A stretch of 61,283 nt of DNA, filler included, from Candidatus Desantisbacteria bacterium CG1_02_49_89 (GTDB taxonomy: Bacteria; Desantisbacteria; UBA1551), in NCBI GenBank assembly GCA_001871075.1. It is 4 parts of 4 records of this genome, joined end to end, with 100 filler letters (N's around TTAATTAATTAA, not from the genome) between each part and the next. Parts side by side here need not be neighbours in the genome. Positions count along the whole stretch, not along the records: positions 1 to 20,314 come from MNUP01000061.1; 3 more parts are not named here. The stretch is one strand, 5' to 3'. How positions within the stretch are numbered: the stretch's first letter is position 1; each line of letters opens with the position of its first letter. Below the pieces are notes generated by a model. The model was given only the letters and a program-made list of their open reading frames with translations. It did not search any database and was not told the DNA's origin. The position numbers and the translations under genes were made by a program. Shown here in pieces: positions 9,013 to 19,860 of the stretch.

Positions 9013-10164
9013 ATGAGCGATAAGCGTAAGTTGAAGATAATGATGGTGGCTGGCGAGATTTCCGGTGACCTGCAGGGCGGGATGCTCGCGCAGGCCATAA
9101 AAGAACTTGCCCCGAGCGCTGTCCTGTTCGGCATGGGCGGCCAGAAAATGAAGGACGCCGGGGTTGACATCCGTTTTGACGTGCTGCGTCACGCGAGCAT
9201 AGGTATATGGGAGAACGCTAAAAATTATTTCCTGACAGTCCGCGCGGTATTTAACCGGATGAAAAAAGTTGTTGAAGAGGAAAAGCCCTCCTGCATAGTT
9301 CTCATAGATTACCAGGGATTCAATCTTGAGCTCGCGAAGTTCGCGAAAAATAAGGGCATCCGGCTCGTTTATTATATACCTCCCCAGTACTGGGCGTGGC
9401 GCACCGGGCAGGCAAAATACGTTTCCCGGCTTATAGACCAGATCATAGCGATACTGCCTGAAGAGGAGGAGGCATACAGGAAAGCAGGAGCGAACGTCAC
9501 TTTCGTCGGAAGCTCGCTTCTTGAAAGGGTCAGGGTTCCGGGGACGCAGGAAGAGCTGAGGGACACGCTGAGCGTTAAAAAGGGATCGAAACTCATCGCT
9601 TTGCTTCCGGGAAGCAGGTTTTCAGAAATTAGAAGGCTTCTTCCGGTGATACTTGGAGCGGCCAGTATCCTGAAGGGAAGGGTTCCTGAGATAGAATTTG
9701 TGATGCCGGTTGCAGCACCTTATCTTAAACTAGAGATAGAAACGCAGGTTAAGAGGTCCGGCCTGCCTATAAAAATAACAGACGGCGATGCGTATGAAGT
9801 ACTGAAAGCCAGTGATATTTCAATTATCTGTTCAGGCCTTGCCACGCTTGAAGCAGCGCTGCTTGGGACCCCGATGGTCGTGGTATACAGGGTGTCTTTC
9901 CTGACATCCCTGATAATGAGGATGTTGATACGGATCCCGAATGTCAGCCCGCCGAATATCCTTGCAGGCAGGGCGATAGTTCCCGAACTGTTGCAGGAAA
10001 GGGCAAACGCCCGGAACGTGGCTGACACCGCCTGCAACATAATGATGGATCCCGATGCAATAAGCGAAATGAAGAAAAATCTTTCCGGAGCGGTTTCAAG
10101 GCTGGGAGGCCCGGGTGCGTCCCGCCGCGCCGCGGAGATAGTGCTGAAAGTGGCAGGCCTTTAG
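9013..10164 (+). CDS. lpxB: lipid-A-disaccharide synthase
   Basis: VAGEISGD, IDYQGFN, YYIPPQYWAWR, LLPGSRFSE, SGLATLE, PELLQ. Confidence 0.95.
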   Translation: MSDKRKLKIMMVAGEISGDLQGGMLAQAIKELAPSAVLFGMGGQKMKDAGVDIRFDVLRHASIGIWENAKNYFLTVRAVFNRMKKVVEEEKPSCIVLIDYQGFNLELAKFAKNKGIRLVYYIPPQYWAWRTGQAKYVSRLIDQIIAILPEEEEAYRKAGANVTFVGSSLLERVRVPGTQEELRDTLSVKKGSKLIALLPGSRFSEIRRLLPVILGAASILKGRVPEIEFVMPVAAPYLKLEIETQVKRSGLPIKITDGDAYEVLKASDISIICSGLATLEAALLGTPMVVVYRVSFLTSLIMRMLIRIPNVSPPNILAGRAIVPELLQERANARNVADTACNIMMDPDAISEMKKNLSGAVSRLGGPGASRRAAEIVLKVAGL

Positions 10165-10199
10165 GAATAATTGCAGGAATCTAGATTGGAGGCATAAAA

Positions 10200-10679
10200 A
10201 TGTCAGAACTTATTAAAAAAGCAATTGACCTTGCTGTTGAGGCGCACAAGGGGCAGAAAGATTCCCGTGGGGAGGAATATATAGAGCATCCTTTTGAGGT
10301 TATGCGCAGGATGATGAGGGATAAAAGGCCTGAGATCGAGCTTGCGGTCGCGGTGATGCATGATATACTTGAGGACACGCCCAGGACCGAAAAAGACATA
10401 TACAATGCGGTAAGCGCTTGCTGCGCGGACAAGGCCTTGCTGGTTACCGAGGCTTTGAAAGCTATTACAAAGGCAAAAAATGAAGACTACGATGAATATC
10501 TTGAAAGGCTTAAAGGGAATGTTATCGCGAGGATGGTCAAGCTGTATGACCTTGAACATAACATAGAGCGGAATCTGAAGACCTTCAAGGAAGATAAAAA
10601 AAGCGCGCAGCGCCTCCTGAAATATATCAGGGCGTATGACTATCTTGGCGGCACAAATCAACCTTATACCACCTCGTAG
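10200..10679 (+). CDS. HD-domain hydrolase (small alarmone hydrolase/Mesh1-like)
   Basis: AHKGQ..GEEYIEHP, MHDILED, VKLYDLEHN. Confidence 0.8.
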   Translation: MSELIKKAIDLAVEAHKGQKDSRGEEYIEHPFEVMRRMMRDKRPEIELAVAVMHDILEDTPRTEKDIYNAVSACCADKALLVTEALKAITKAKNEDYDEYLERLKGNVIARMVKLYDLEHNIERNLKTFKEDKKSAQRLLKYIRAYDYLGGTNQPYTTS

Positions 10680-10723
10680 GTGGAACAGGCATTTTTAAAA
10701 AAACAATAAAAAGTATTTAAAAC

Positions 10724-10752
10724 TTGACAAATTGAATAAAATGTGTTATAAT
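10724..10752 (+). promoter_or_regulatory. sigma70 promoter of the leader-metY operon
   Basis: TTGACA-17bp-TATAAT with extended -10 TG. Confidence 0.85.
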
Positions 10753-10763
10753 GTTTCTAATAT

Positions 10764-10785
10764 AACAATTCCTATAGGAATTGTT
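10764..10785. promoter_or_regulatory. 22-bp perfect palindromic operator AACAATTCCTATAGGAATTGTT
   Basis: perfect inverted repeat just after the -10; second copy at 18167-18186 in the same promoter context. Confidence 0.8.
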
Positions 10786-10816
10786 GACATTAAGATTTTA
10801 GCAAAATTATGATTTA

Positions 10817-10848
10817 ACCCCCCGCGGCTTGCCGCGGGGTAATTCAAA
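10817..10848. repeat. CCCCGCGGCTTGCCGCGGGG palindromic element (also at about 29309-29343 and 54117-54154)
   Basis: three copies with shared flank GTAATTCAAA or TTTGAATTAC. Confidence 0.8.
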
Positions 10849-10879
10849 TATCTGAACGAAGGTAGAGGGGAGCATCGCA

Positions 10880-11026
10880 GTGAAGAAGCAACTGTTTGAG
10901 AACACAGACATTTTGAATTCTAACGAAGCTCATCATCCGCGCAATAGCGCAGAATCTTGTATGTGCTGCGGAATTGCTATGTGCAACTGTCTGCGGATAA
11001 TGGGCATTGCGGAGGTGTTGTCATAA
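10880..11026 (+). CDS. putative Cys/Met-rich attenuator leader peptide, 48 aa (MKKQLFENTDILNSNEAHHPRNSAESCMCCGIAMCNCLRIMGIAEVLS)
   Basis: translated by hand; GTG start after a GAGGGGAG purine tract; 5 Cys and 3 Met within codons 27-41; followed by a terminator. Confidence 0.75.
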   Translation: MKKQLFENTDILNSNEAHHPRNSAESCMCCGIAMCNCLRIMGIAEVLS

Positions 11027-11068
11027 TATAATAAGGAAAGAAATCCGGAAAAGACTTATGGAAACCCT

Positions 11069-11105
11069 AAGCCCATTATCAGAAGACTGATGGTGGGCTT
11101 TTTTT
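11069..11105 (+). terminator. intrinsic terminator (attenuator) between the leader and metY
   Basis: 14-bp stem AAGCCCATTATCAG-aaga-CTGATGGTGGGCTT with two G-U pairs, followed by a T tract. Confidence 0.85.
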
Positions 11106-11158
11106 GTTTTTAAAAGGAGGTGATAATAGCTTAAAAATCTGTGTAATCGTTTTTTTGA

Positions 11159-12502
<1,344 letters not shown>

Positions 12503-12566
12503 AAAAAATCCCCCTTATTCCCCCTTTAAAAAGGGGGATGGGGGGATTGGGTTATGGGGAGAAATA

Positions 12567-13718
12567 ATGACGGATAAAAAAGGTATTGGGACTGTTGAAA
12601 CGCAATATTATACGTTTGCGCATCCGCCGGGTTCATTTATTCTTGAAAACAGTGGAAGGCTTGGTTTGGTTACGCTCGCGTACGAGACGTACGGCAGGCT
12701 GAACAACGAAAGGTCAAACGCCGTGCTCATAGCGCATGCCCTGTCCGGAGACGCCCACGCAGCGGGTTTTCACAAAGGTGACGAGAATCCGGGCTGGTGG
12801 GATAATATGATAGGGCCGGGCAGGGCATTTGATACCGATAAATATTTCGTTATCTGCTCGAATGTCATCGGTGGATGCAGGGGGTCAACCGGCCCGTCTT
12901 CCATAGATCCAGAGACACGCAGGCCGTACGGCCTTGATTTTCCGTCCATAACCATAACGGATATGGTAAATGCCCAGAGACTTCTTATTGATCATCTGGG
13001 CATTGAAAAACTTCTTTCCGCGGCAGGCGGTTCAATGGGCGGAATGCAGGTTCTGGAATGGATGGTTTCCTATCCGGGGCGGATCAGAAGCGCCATACCC
13101 ATTTCCACGGCAGCAAGGCACTCGCCGCAGCAGATTGCTTTTAATGAAGTCGGCAGGCAGGCTATTATGGCTGACGCCAACTGGAAAAACGGTTATTATT
13201 ACGGGAAAGAACCGCCTGACAGGGGGCTTGCTGTGGCGAGAATGGTGGGGCACATCACTTTTATGAGCGATAGATCAATGGCTGAGAAATTCGGCAGGCA
13301 GTTAAAGAACAGGAAAGAATTCTCCATGTTTGGGGCTGATTTTGAAGTGGAGGGATACCTGCAATACCGCGGCAGCAGTTTCGTAAAAAGGTTTGACGCC
13401 AATTCCTATCTTTACATCACCAAGGCAATGGATAATTACGATGCGTCCAGGGGCAGGGAACTCAGCGAGGTTTTTAAGGGCATTGACGCGAGAGTCCTGG
13501 TCCTGGCTTTCAAATCGGACTGGCTTTATCCGGCATACCAGTCCCTGGAAATTGTCAAGGCCTGCAAGCTTGCAGGGCTGGAAGCCAGTTACTGCGAGAC
13601 AGGTTCCGCATACGGTCACGATGCCTTCCTGTTAGAGACGGAAGAGGAAACGCATCTTATAAAACATTTCCTGGAGAAGGTTTTTCTCCGGAGGGTGAAT
13701 GGAGAATATGAGATATAA
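12567..13718 (+). CDS. metX: homoserine O-acetyltransferase
   Basis: HALSGDAH, GWWDNMIGPG, GGSMGGMQ nucleophile elbow, RFDANSY, YGHDAFL. Confidence 0.93.
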   Translation: MTDKKGIGTVETQYYTFAHPPGSFILENSGRLGLVTLAYETYGRLNNERSNAVLIAHALSGDAHAAGFHKGDENPGWWDNMIGPGRAFDTDKYFVICSNVIGGCRGSTGPSSIDPETRRPYGLDFPSITITDMVNAQRLLIDHLGIEKLLSAAGGSMGGMQVLEWMVSYPGRIRSAIPISTAARHSPQQIAFNEVGRQAIMADANWKNGYYYGKEPPDRGLAVARMVGHITFMSDRSMAEKFGRQLKNRKEFSMFGADFEVEGYLQYRGSSFVKRFDANSYLYITKAMDNYDASRGRELSEVFKGIDARVLVLAFKSDWLYPAYQSLEIVKACKLAGLEASYCETGSAYGHDAFLLETEEETHLIKHFLEKVFLRRVNGEYEI

Positions 13719-14340
13719 TTCTGCCGGGCCAGAGCAAAAAATAATTTTTGAGCTTGTAAAACCCGGCTCGTCTGTTCTGGACCTCGGATGCGGGGATGGA
13801 GAATTACTGTCCCTGCTGGCCAGAGAAAAAAAAGTTAAAGGTCAGGGGATAGAAATAAACGAGAAGTCGATACATGAATGCGTGGCAAAGGGGCTTAATG
13901 TATTCCACGGCGACATAGACTCGGGGCTGTCCGATTACCGGGATAAGTCCTTTGACTACGTGATACTCAACCACAGCCTGCAGGAGGCCAAAAAGCCGGA
14001 GGTCGTTTTAAGGGAAGCCCTGCGGGCAGGCAGGAAGGCCATAGTGAGTTTCCCGAACTTCGCCCATTACTCGGCGCGCCTGCAGATATTTTTCAGGGGA
14101 AAAACTCCCGTTACCCCTTCTCTGCCCCACAGATGGTATGACACGCCCAATCTTCATTTCCTGAGCATTTCAGATTTTGCCGAATATTGCCGGGAGAGGA
14201 ACATCATGATAGAAAAATCCTTGTTTATCGGAAAGAACAAAGCTGTATATATATTCCCGAACCTGTTTGCGCTGGCAGGAATATTTCTTATCGCAAACGG
14301 AAAACCGGGAAAGTTTCTGATGAAAAAGGAGGATGTATGA
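13699..14340 (+). CDS. metW: methionine biosynthesis protein MetW
   Basis: VLDLGCGDG, VSFPNFAH, WYDTPNLHF; directly after metX; start may be 13708. Confidence 0.9.
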   Translation: MENMRYNSAGPEQKIIFELVKPGSSVLDLGCGDGELLSLLAREKKVKGQGIEINEKSIHECVAKGLNVFHGDIDSGLSDYRDKSFDYVILNHSLQEAKKPEVVLREALRAGRKAIVSFPNFAHYSARLQIFFRGKTPVTPSLPHRWYDTPNLHFLSISDFAEYCRERNIMIEKSLFIGKNKAVYIFPNLFALAGIFLIANGKPGKFLMKKEDV

Positions 14341-15479
14341 ATGAGTATAGGTATCTTGAACTCAAGGCAGAATTGCTTGCCGAAGGCATCCAGGCATCGG
14401 AAGAAGCCCTGAGTGGAGTGGGCAATGAATATAAGGAGCAGAATCATGGTCTGTTTGGATGGGATTTTGAGGACCATGTCGGAACGAGTCTCCCGGATGA
14501 TTTCATGCTTCCGGATGGAACGATTGTCCAGTTCAGGAAAAACAGCCGCTCGCCGTATAAAGTTTCCGGGAAAGGAAACAACCTGACCCTGTCAAAAGGA
14601 GAGGAGGAAATATGCAGAGCCGAATGGCTGCCGAGACCCGCATATTATAATAAGGAAACCGCGAACAACAACAAGATGGTGAAGATCGGGCAGGTAGGGG
14701 GCGGGGACTGCCTGTTCTTCTGCTATCAGAATTACTGCAGCCATTTTGCCGGGAACGAAGAATGCCTTTTCTGCAACCTTGTCTCAACCTTAAAGACCTA
14801 TGACTCTGTGCTAAAAAAGAAGGATACCGAGGATATAGGGGAAGTCGCGGGAGAAGCTTTTTCCGAGGGCAAAGTAAAGCACGTCTTGCTCACCGGCGGA
14901 TGCTTCAATCATCAGAAAGAGATAGAGCTTGTTGCAGATATTATGAAATCAATACGGAAAAAGACGGGTTTCAGCCGCGTCCCGGGGACAATCCTTCCTT
15001 CTCCCGCGAAAGGCGAAGACGAAATAAAGAAATATTATGATACAGGAATTCAAGCGATCGGTTTCAGCATGGAGATATGGGATGAAAAATTATACCAGGC
15101 AATCTGCCCGGGAAAATCCAAAAATACAAGCCGCGGGACTTTTGTCAATTCAATAGAAACAGCGGTTAAGATTTTCGGGGCAGGCAACGTATACGGAGTG
15201 TTCGTTATGGGATTGGAACCGAAGAGAACATTCCTGGAGGGTGTCAGGGAAATCACAAATATGGGGGCAAACGTTGTTCCGTTCGTATGGTCGCCCAATC
15301 CGGGCTCAAAACTCGAAGGTCACAGGGCTCCGGCAGGCGGGTGGTTTGTTGAAACAACGCTGGAAGCCTCAGAAATAGTATGTAACGCAGGAGTCCCGTC
15401 AGGAATTGAGAACCATTGCTATAAATGCGACGGGAACTCCCTGCTCCACGATGCACTGCGCTTAAAAGGAATTGAGTAA
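14337..15479 (+). CDS. radical SAM protein with a non-canonical Cx8Cx2C motif
   Basis: YCSHFAGNEECLFC, LLTGG, ICPGK, MGLEP, C-terminal CYKC; ATG 14337 overlaps the metW stop. Confidence 0.8.
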   Translation: MNEYRYLELKAELLAEGIQASEEALSGVGNEYKEQNHGLFGWDFEDHVGTSLPDDFMLPDGTIVQFRKNSRSPYKVSGKGNNLTLSKGEEEICRAEWLPRPAYYNKETANNNKMVKIGQVGGGDCLFFCYQNYCSHFAGNEECLFCNLVSTLKTYDSVLKKKDTEDIGEVAGEAFSEGKVKHVLLTGGCFNHQKEIELVADIMKSIRKKTGFSRVPGTILPSPAKGEDEIKKYYDTGIQAIGFSMEIWDEKLYQAICPGKSKNTSRGTFVNSIETAVKIFGAGNVYGVFVMGLEPKRTFLEGVREITNMGANVVPFVWSPNPGSKLEGHRAPAGGWFVETTLEASEIVCNAGVPSGIENHCYKCDGNSLLHDALRLKGIE

Positions 15480-15585
15480 TCCCCCTGCAATCCCCCTTTA
15501 TAAATCCCGGTTATATCAGTATGGGATCCCGTATGCGAATGTATCGGGAAGGGGGAATAAGGGGGATTTGAAAACGGAGGCATAA

Positions 15586-16953
15586 ATGGGCCGGGAATTT
15601 AGCAACGTGCTTGAGACTATCGGCAGGACGCCGCTTATCAGGTTAAACAAAATGACGAAAGAGATCAAATCAAAGATATACGTCAAGGCTGAATCGTTCA
15701 ACCCGGGCGGAAGCGTAAAAGACAGAATAGGCCTTGCCATGATAGAAGCAGCTGAAAAAGAAGGACTTGTAAAACCCGGAGGTACGATTGTCGAGGCTAC
15801 AGCAGGCAATACCGGCGTTGGTCTTGCGCTTGCGACTGCAATCAAGGGTTACAGGACGATATTTGTCATACCGGATAAAATGAGCGAGGACAAGGTCGTC
15901 CTGCTGCGGGCATACGGGGCAGAAGTTGTCATTACTCCGACTTCCGTGCCTCCGGATTCTCCGCAGAGCTATAACGGGGTGGCTGACAGGCTTGCCAGGG
16001 AAATACCCGGGGCATTCAGGCCCAACCAGTTTGCCAATCCGAACAACCCCCTTGCCCATTATCAGACGACCGGCCCGGAGATCTGGAAAGACTCAGGCGG
16101 CAGGGTTGAGGTGTTTGTGGCGGGAATGGGCACAGGCGGCACAATTTCGGGAATAGCAAAATATCTAAAAGAGAAAAAATCAGGCATAATCATAGTCGGG
16201 GCAGACCCTGAGGGCTCAATACTTTCAGGGGACAGCCCCAGGTCGTATAAGGTGGAGGGAATCGGGGAGGATTTCATACCCAGGACGTTTGACCGCCAGA
16301 TAGTTGACGAAATGATACGAGTCAGCGACAAGGAATCGTTTAATACAGCCAGGCGGCTTGCCAGGGAAGAGGGCATTCTTGCAGGCGGCTCGTCCGGAAC
16401 AGCCGTTGCAGCCGCCCTGAAATTCGCAATGCGGCTGGAAAAACCGAAATACATAGTTGCGCTCCTGCCTGACACCGGCAGAAATTACCTGACGAAGATA
16501 TTCTCAGACTCCTGGATGCAGGAGAACGGCTTCTGGGAAGGCAGGGACATAAGGCCGTTAAAGGTCGGGGAAATCCTTGCGAAGAAGAAAGATTTCCCGC
16601 GGATGATTTCTGTCAGCCCGAAGGATATTCTAAGCAAGGCGGTAAGGCTGATGCATAAATACGGCATTTCGCAGATTCCTGTAGTTGACAGGGGAAAATC
16701 CGTGGGCAGCTTAGACGAGGCGTCCCTGATGAAACTCCTGCACGACGGAATAGATTTCAGCAAGCAGAATATTTCTGCGGTTATGGGCAGGCCCCTGCCG
16801 GTGCTTGATGAGGAAACAGACGTATCAGAGGCATACAGAATACTCCTGTCAGGCACGACCGGCTTTATTGTTGCCAGAAAAGGCGTGTCTGCCGGGGTTA
16901 TCACCAGGACGGATTTAATAAATTACTGGATCATAAAAAAGGAGGGCGGATGA
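15586..16953 (+). CDS. cbs: cystathionine beta-synthase with C-terminal CBS domains
   Basis: NPGGSVKDRIG, EATAGNTG, GMGTGGT, YKVEGIG, PDTGRNYL, CBS pair (ISQIPVV). Confidence 0.9.
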   Translation: MGREFSNVLETIGRTPLIRLNKMTKEIKSKIYVKAESFNPGGSVKDRIGLAMIEAAEKEGLVKPGGTIVEATAGNTGVGLALATAIKGYRTIFVIPDKMSEDKVVLLRAYGAEVVITPTSVPPDSPQSYNGVADRLAREIPGAFRPNQFANPNNPLAHYQTTGPEIWKDSGGRVEVFVAGMGTGGTISGIAKYLKEKKSGIIIVGADPEGSILSGDSPRSYKVEGIGEDFIPRTFDRQIVDEMIRVSDKESFNTARRLAREEGILAGGSSGTAVAAALKFAMRLEKPKYIVALLPDTGRNYLTKIFSDSWMQENGFWEGRDIRPLKVGEILAKKKDFPRMISVSPKDILSKAVRLMHKYGISQIPVVDRGKSVGSLDEASLMKLLHDGIDFSKQNISAVMGRPLPVLDEETDVSEAYRILLSGTTGFIVARKGVSAGVITRTDLINYWIIKKEGG

Positions 16954-18086
16954 GATTTGAGACAAGGGCGATACATTCTGGCCAGGACCCGGATTCGGCA
17001 ACCGGAGCGGTCATCGTGCCTGTTTACCAGACATCCACATACAGGCAGGATGCGATAGGAAAGCACAAGGGCTATGAGTATTCGCGCACGGGAAATCCGA
17101 CGCGAAAGGCGCTTGAGGACGCCCTTGCCTCTCTGGAAGGCGGAAAGCACGGGCTTGCCTTTGCTTCTGGGCTTGCCGCAACGACGGCCGTGTTCAGCAT
17201 TTTAAAAAAAGGAGACCACGTTATAGCCGGGGATGACATTTACGGCGGGACCTACAGGCTGCTTGAAAAGGTATTCAGGCGCTGGGGCCTAGAAGTCACC
17301 TACGCGGACGCGGACGACGGGGACGCCTTTCAGGGTGCGGTCCAGGAGAATACAAAACTCATCTGGATTGAAACGCCCACTAATCCGCTTCTGAAAATCG
17401 TTGATGTTAAAAAGCTTTCCGAGATAACAAAAAAGGAAAATATAATTCTTGCGGTGGACAACACGTTTGCAACCCCTTATTTTCAAAGACCTCTTGAGCT
17501 TGGGGCTGATATCGTTGTCCACAGCACGACAAAATACCTGTCAGGGCACAGCGATATAATAGGCGGCGCCGCAATAACTTCAAGGCAGGATATATACATA
17601 GATTTGAAGTTTTACCAGAATGCCGCGGGAGCGGTTCCGGGCCCCTGGGATTCCTGGCTTGCTCTCCGCGGAATTAAAACCCTTTCCGTCAGGATGAGAG
17701 AACATGAAGGCAATGCCTTATATTTAGCCGGTTACCTTTCGGGGCATCCACGTGTAGAGAGGGTCTATTATCCCGGGCTGCCAGGGCACAGCCGGCATAA
17801 GTTAGCAAAAGAACAGATGAGCGGTTTCGGCGGGATGATAAGCTTTGAACTGAAAGGCGGTTTTCCCGAAGTTGAAAAATTCGTCTCCAGGCTGAAAATA
17901 TTTTTACTTGCAGAAAGCCTGGGCGGAGTGGAATCACTTGTTTGCTATCCTCCAAAGATGACGCACAGTTCTTTTTCCGCGGAAGAGAGGGCGAAAAGAG
18001 GGATCAAGGATAATTTAATAAGGCTTTCCGTGGGCATAGAGCATAAAGATGACCTCAAAGACGATTTAGAGCAGGCGCTGGGGTGA
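16950..18086 (+). CDS. cystathionine gamma-lyase/gamma-synthase
   Basis: YEYSRTGNPTR, ETPTNP, HSTTKYLSGHSD, LAESLGGVESL; coupled to cbs, consistent with reverse transsulfuration. Confidence 0.9.
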   Translation: MRFETRAIHSGQDPDSATGAVIVPVYQTSTYRQDAIGKHKGYEYSRTGNPTRKALEDALASLEGGKHGLAFASGLAATTAVFSILKKGDHVIAGDDIYGGTYRLLEKVFRRWGLEVTYADADDGDAFQGAVQENTKLIWIETPTNPLLKIVDVKKLSEITKKENIILAVDNTFATPYFQRPLELGADIVVHSTTKYLSGHSDIIGGAAITSRQDIYIDLKFYQNAAGAVPGPWDSWLALRGIKTLSVRMREHEGNALYLAGYLSGHPRVERVYYPGLPGHSRHKLAKEQMSGFGGMISFELKGGFPEVEKFVSRLKIFLLAESLGGVESLVCYPPKMTHSSFSAEERAKRGIKDNLIRLSVGIEHKDDLKDDLEQALG

Positions 18087-18128
18087 AATATGACGCTTTT
18101 TATAGACTTCTAAAAAATACATTGAGAC

Positions 18129-18186
18129 TTGACAAATCGGAAAAGGTGTGTTATAATGTTATTATGACAATTCCTATAGGAATAGT
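18129..18186 (+). promoter_or_regulatory. sigma70 promoter plus second copy of the ATTCCTATAGGAAT operator
   Basis: TTGACA(18129)-17bp-TATAAT(18152) with TG; ACAATTCCTATAGGAATAGT at 18167-18186. Confidence 0.85.
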
Positions 18187-18218
18187 TGACAATAATAAAA
18201 CAAAGGAGGAAAGAGCTT

Positions 18219-19009
18219 ATGGCAGAGAAAGTAAGTTTTAGTCCAGTTGGTGAAAAGGAAGTTACGCGAGCAATAGCAGAATCTTTTTTGAAGCAATTTC
18301 AGGATTATGCTGACAGCGACGTAATCATTGTAGGGGCAGGTCCGTCCGGGTTAATGGCCGGAAGAGATCTGGCGAGTAAGAAAATTAAAGTTTTAATAAT
18401 AGAGAGAAATAATTATCTCGGAGGAGGTTTCTGGATAGGTGGTTATCTGATGAACAAGGTTACGGTGAGGTCCCCGGGAGAAAAAGTCCTTGAAGAACTG
18501 GGCGTGCCGTTTGAAAAGGCGGTAGAGGGATTATTCGTAGCAGACGGTCACATGCTTGTTCAAAACTGATTGCCGCTGCCTGCGATGCAGGCGTGAAGTT
18601 TGCAAATATGACTATTTTTGACGATGTAATTTTGAGAGAAAACAACAAAGTTGGCGGCGTGGTAATTAATTGGACGTCCGTATCTGCGCTTCCCAGAGAG
18701 ATTACCTGCGTGGACCCCGTTGGTCTGGAATCGAAACTGGTCATCGATGCCACGGGCCACGATGCAGTGGTGGTGAAAAAACTCGAAGCAAGAGGTCTAA
18801 CTAAAACAAAGGGTTTTGGAGCAATGTGGGTGGAAAAATCAGAAGACCTGCTGGTGGAACACACAGGGGAAGTACATCCCGGGCTTGTCGTTGCAGGGAT
18901 GGCTGTAACCACTACTTACGGTTTGCCGCGAATGGGTCCAACTTTCGGAGCGATGCTTTTGTCCGGCAGAAAAGCGGCAGAGTCTGCGACGCAGATGTTA
19001 AAAAAATGA
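18219..19009 (+). pseudogene. thi4: Thi4-type thiazole synthase split by a 1-bp deletion at about 18549 (true pseudogene or sequencing error)
   Basis: IVGAGPSGL, GGGFWIGG, then a frame switch; restoring GGT C[C]A CAT gives [14 protein letters not shown]; second half has [31 protein letters not shown]. Confidence 0.85.
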
Positions 19010-19860
19010 AGAAGTTCCACATTATTTATTTGTATGGTGAGCCTTCAACGGAAAATTTACAGGTGAAAGAACTCGGTGAATATTTGAAGGGAAAGTTACC
19101 AGGTTTAAAAACAGAGGTTCGTCAGGATTTTTTTCTTCATCATCTCAAGAGGTTTACGCAGAGCCAAATGGAGGAAAGAATAGAAATTCTTGCAGAGGGT
19201 TTTGCAAGAACAAGGGTTCACAACATTGGAAGGGATACAGGGGAAGGGGCACCTTTGCCGATGGAGATTCAGTACGAAATTAAAAATATTGAAAATCCAG
19301 CTGCTCGCAAGCGCGGCATTCTTTATGATGGTTTTTATGTCCAGAATCTTCTAAAAGAACTAATCCCGGCACAAGAACGGACTCCGGAGCATATTCATAT
19401 AAATTTTACGAACCAACTGTTGGGAACGATGGGTGATGACAATCGCTATCATACCAGGGTAGCGATATATGGCTATCCTGTGCTGATTTCTACGACCGGG
19501 GTTGTTGAAGCACCGGCAAAACCCAAGGAGTTTTATGTATTGAAAGAAAAATATCACACCATGGGAATGGGTGAAGTTGGGATTCAGAGACTCAAAGAGG
19601 AATTCAGGGAAAAATTCATTGACTACAACGATAGTCGTCTTACGGAAGTGTTAAAAGGATATGTTTTGCAGACTTTATTTTATTATTTGGCAGGAGACCC
19701 TTTTTGTCAGGACAAGAATTGCCGGCTTTTCAATGCACACTGGCAGGAAGAAATGATTCATGCGCAACTCAAGACCCCCTATGAATTATGCACCTTTCAT
19801 AGAGGAATTTTAGAAAGAATGATAGAAGAGGAGGAAATAAATGCAAGAGATATTAAATGA
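19006..19860 (+). CDS. hypothetical protein with archaemetzincin-like Cys-rich C-terminus (DUF6775-like putative metallopeptidase)
   Basis: ATG overlaps the thi4 stop; [30 protein letters not shown]. Confidence 0.55.
   Translation: MKKFHIIYLYGEPSTENLQVKELGEYLKGKLPGLKTEVRQDFFLHHLKRFTQSQMEERIEILAEGFARTRVHNIGRDTGEGAPLPMEIQYEIKNIENPAARKRGILYDGFYVQNLLKELIPAQERTPEHIHINFTNQLLGTMGDDNRYHTRVAIYGYPVLISTTGVVEAPAKPKEFYVLKEKYHTMGMGEVGIQRLKEEFREKFIDYNDSRLTEVLKGYVLQTLFYYLAGDPFCQDKNCRLFNAHWQEEMIHAQLKTPYELCTFHRGILERMIEEEEINARDIK

Noticed and set aside
18541-18569. Programmed ribosomal frameshift in thi4
   Set aside because: No slippery heptamer at the switch point; a single missing C explains it
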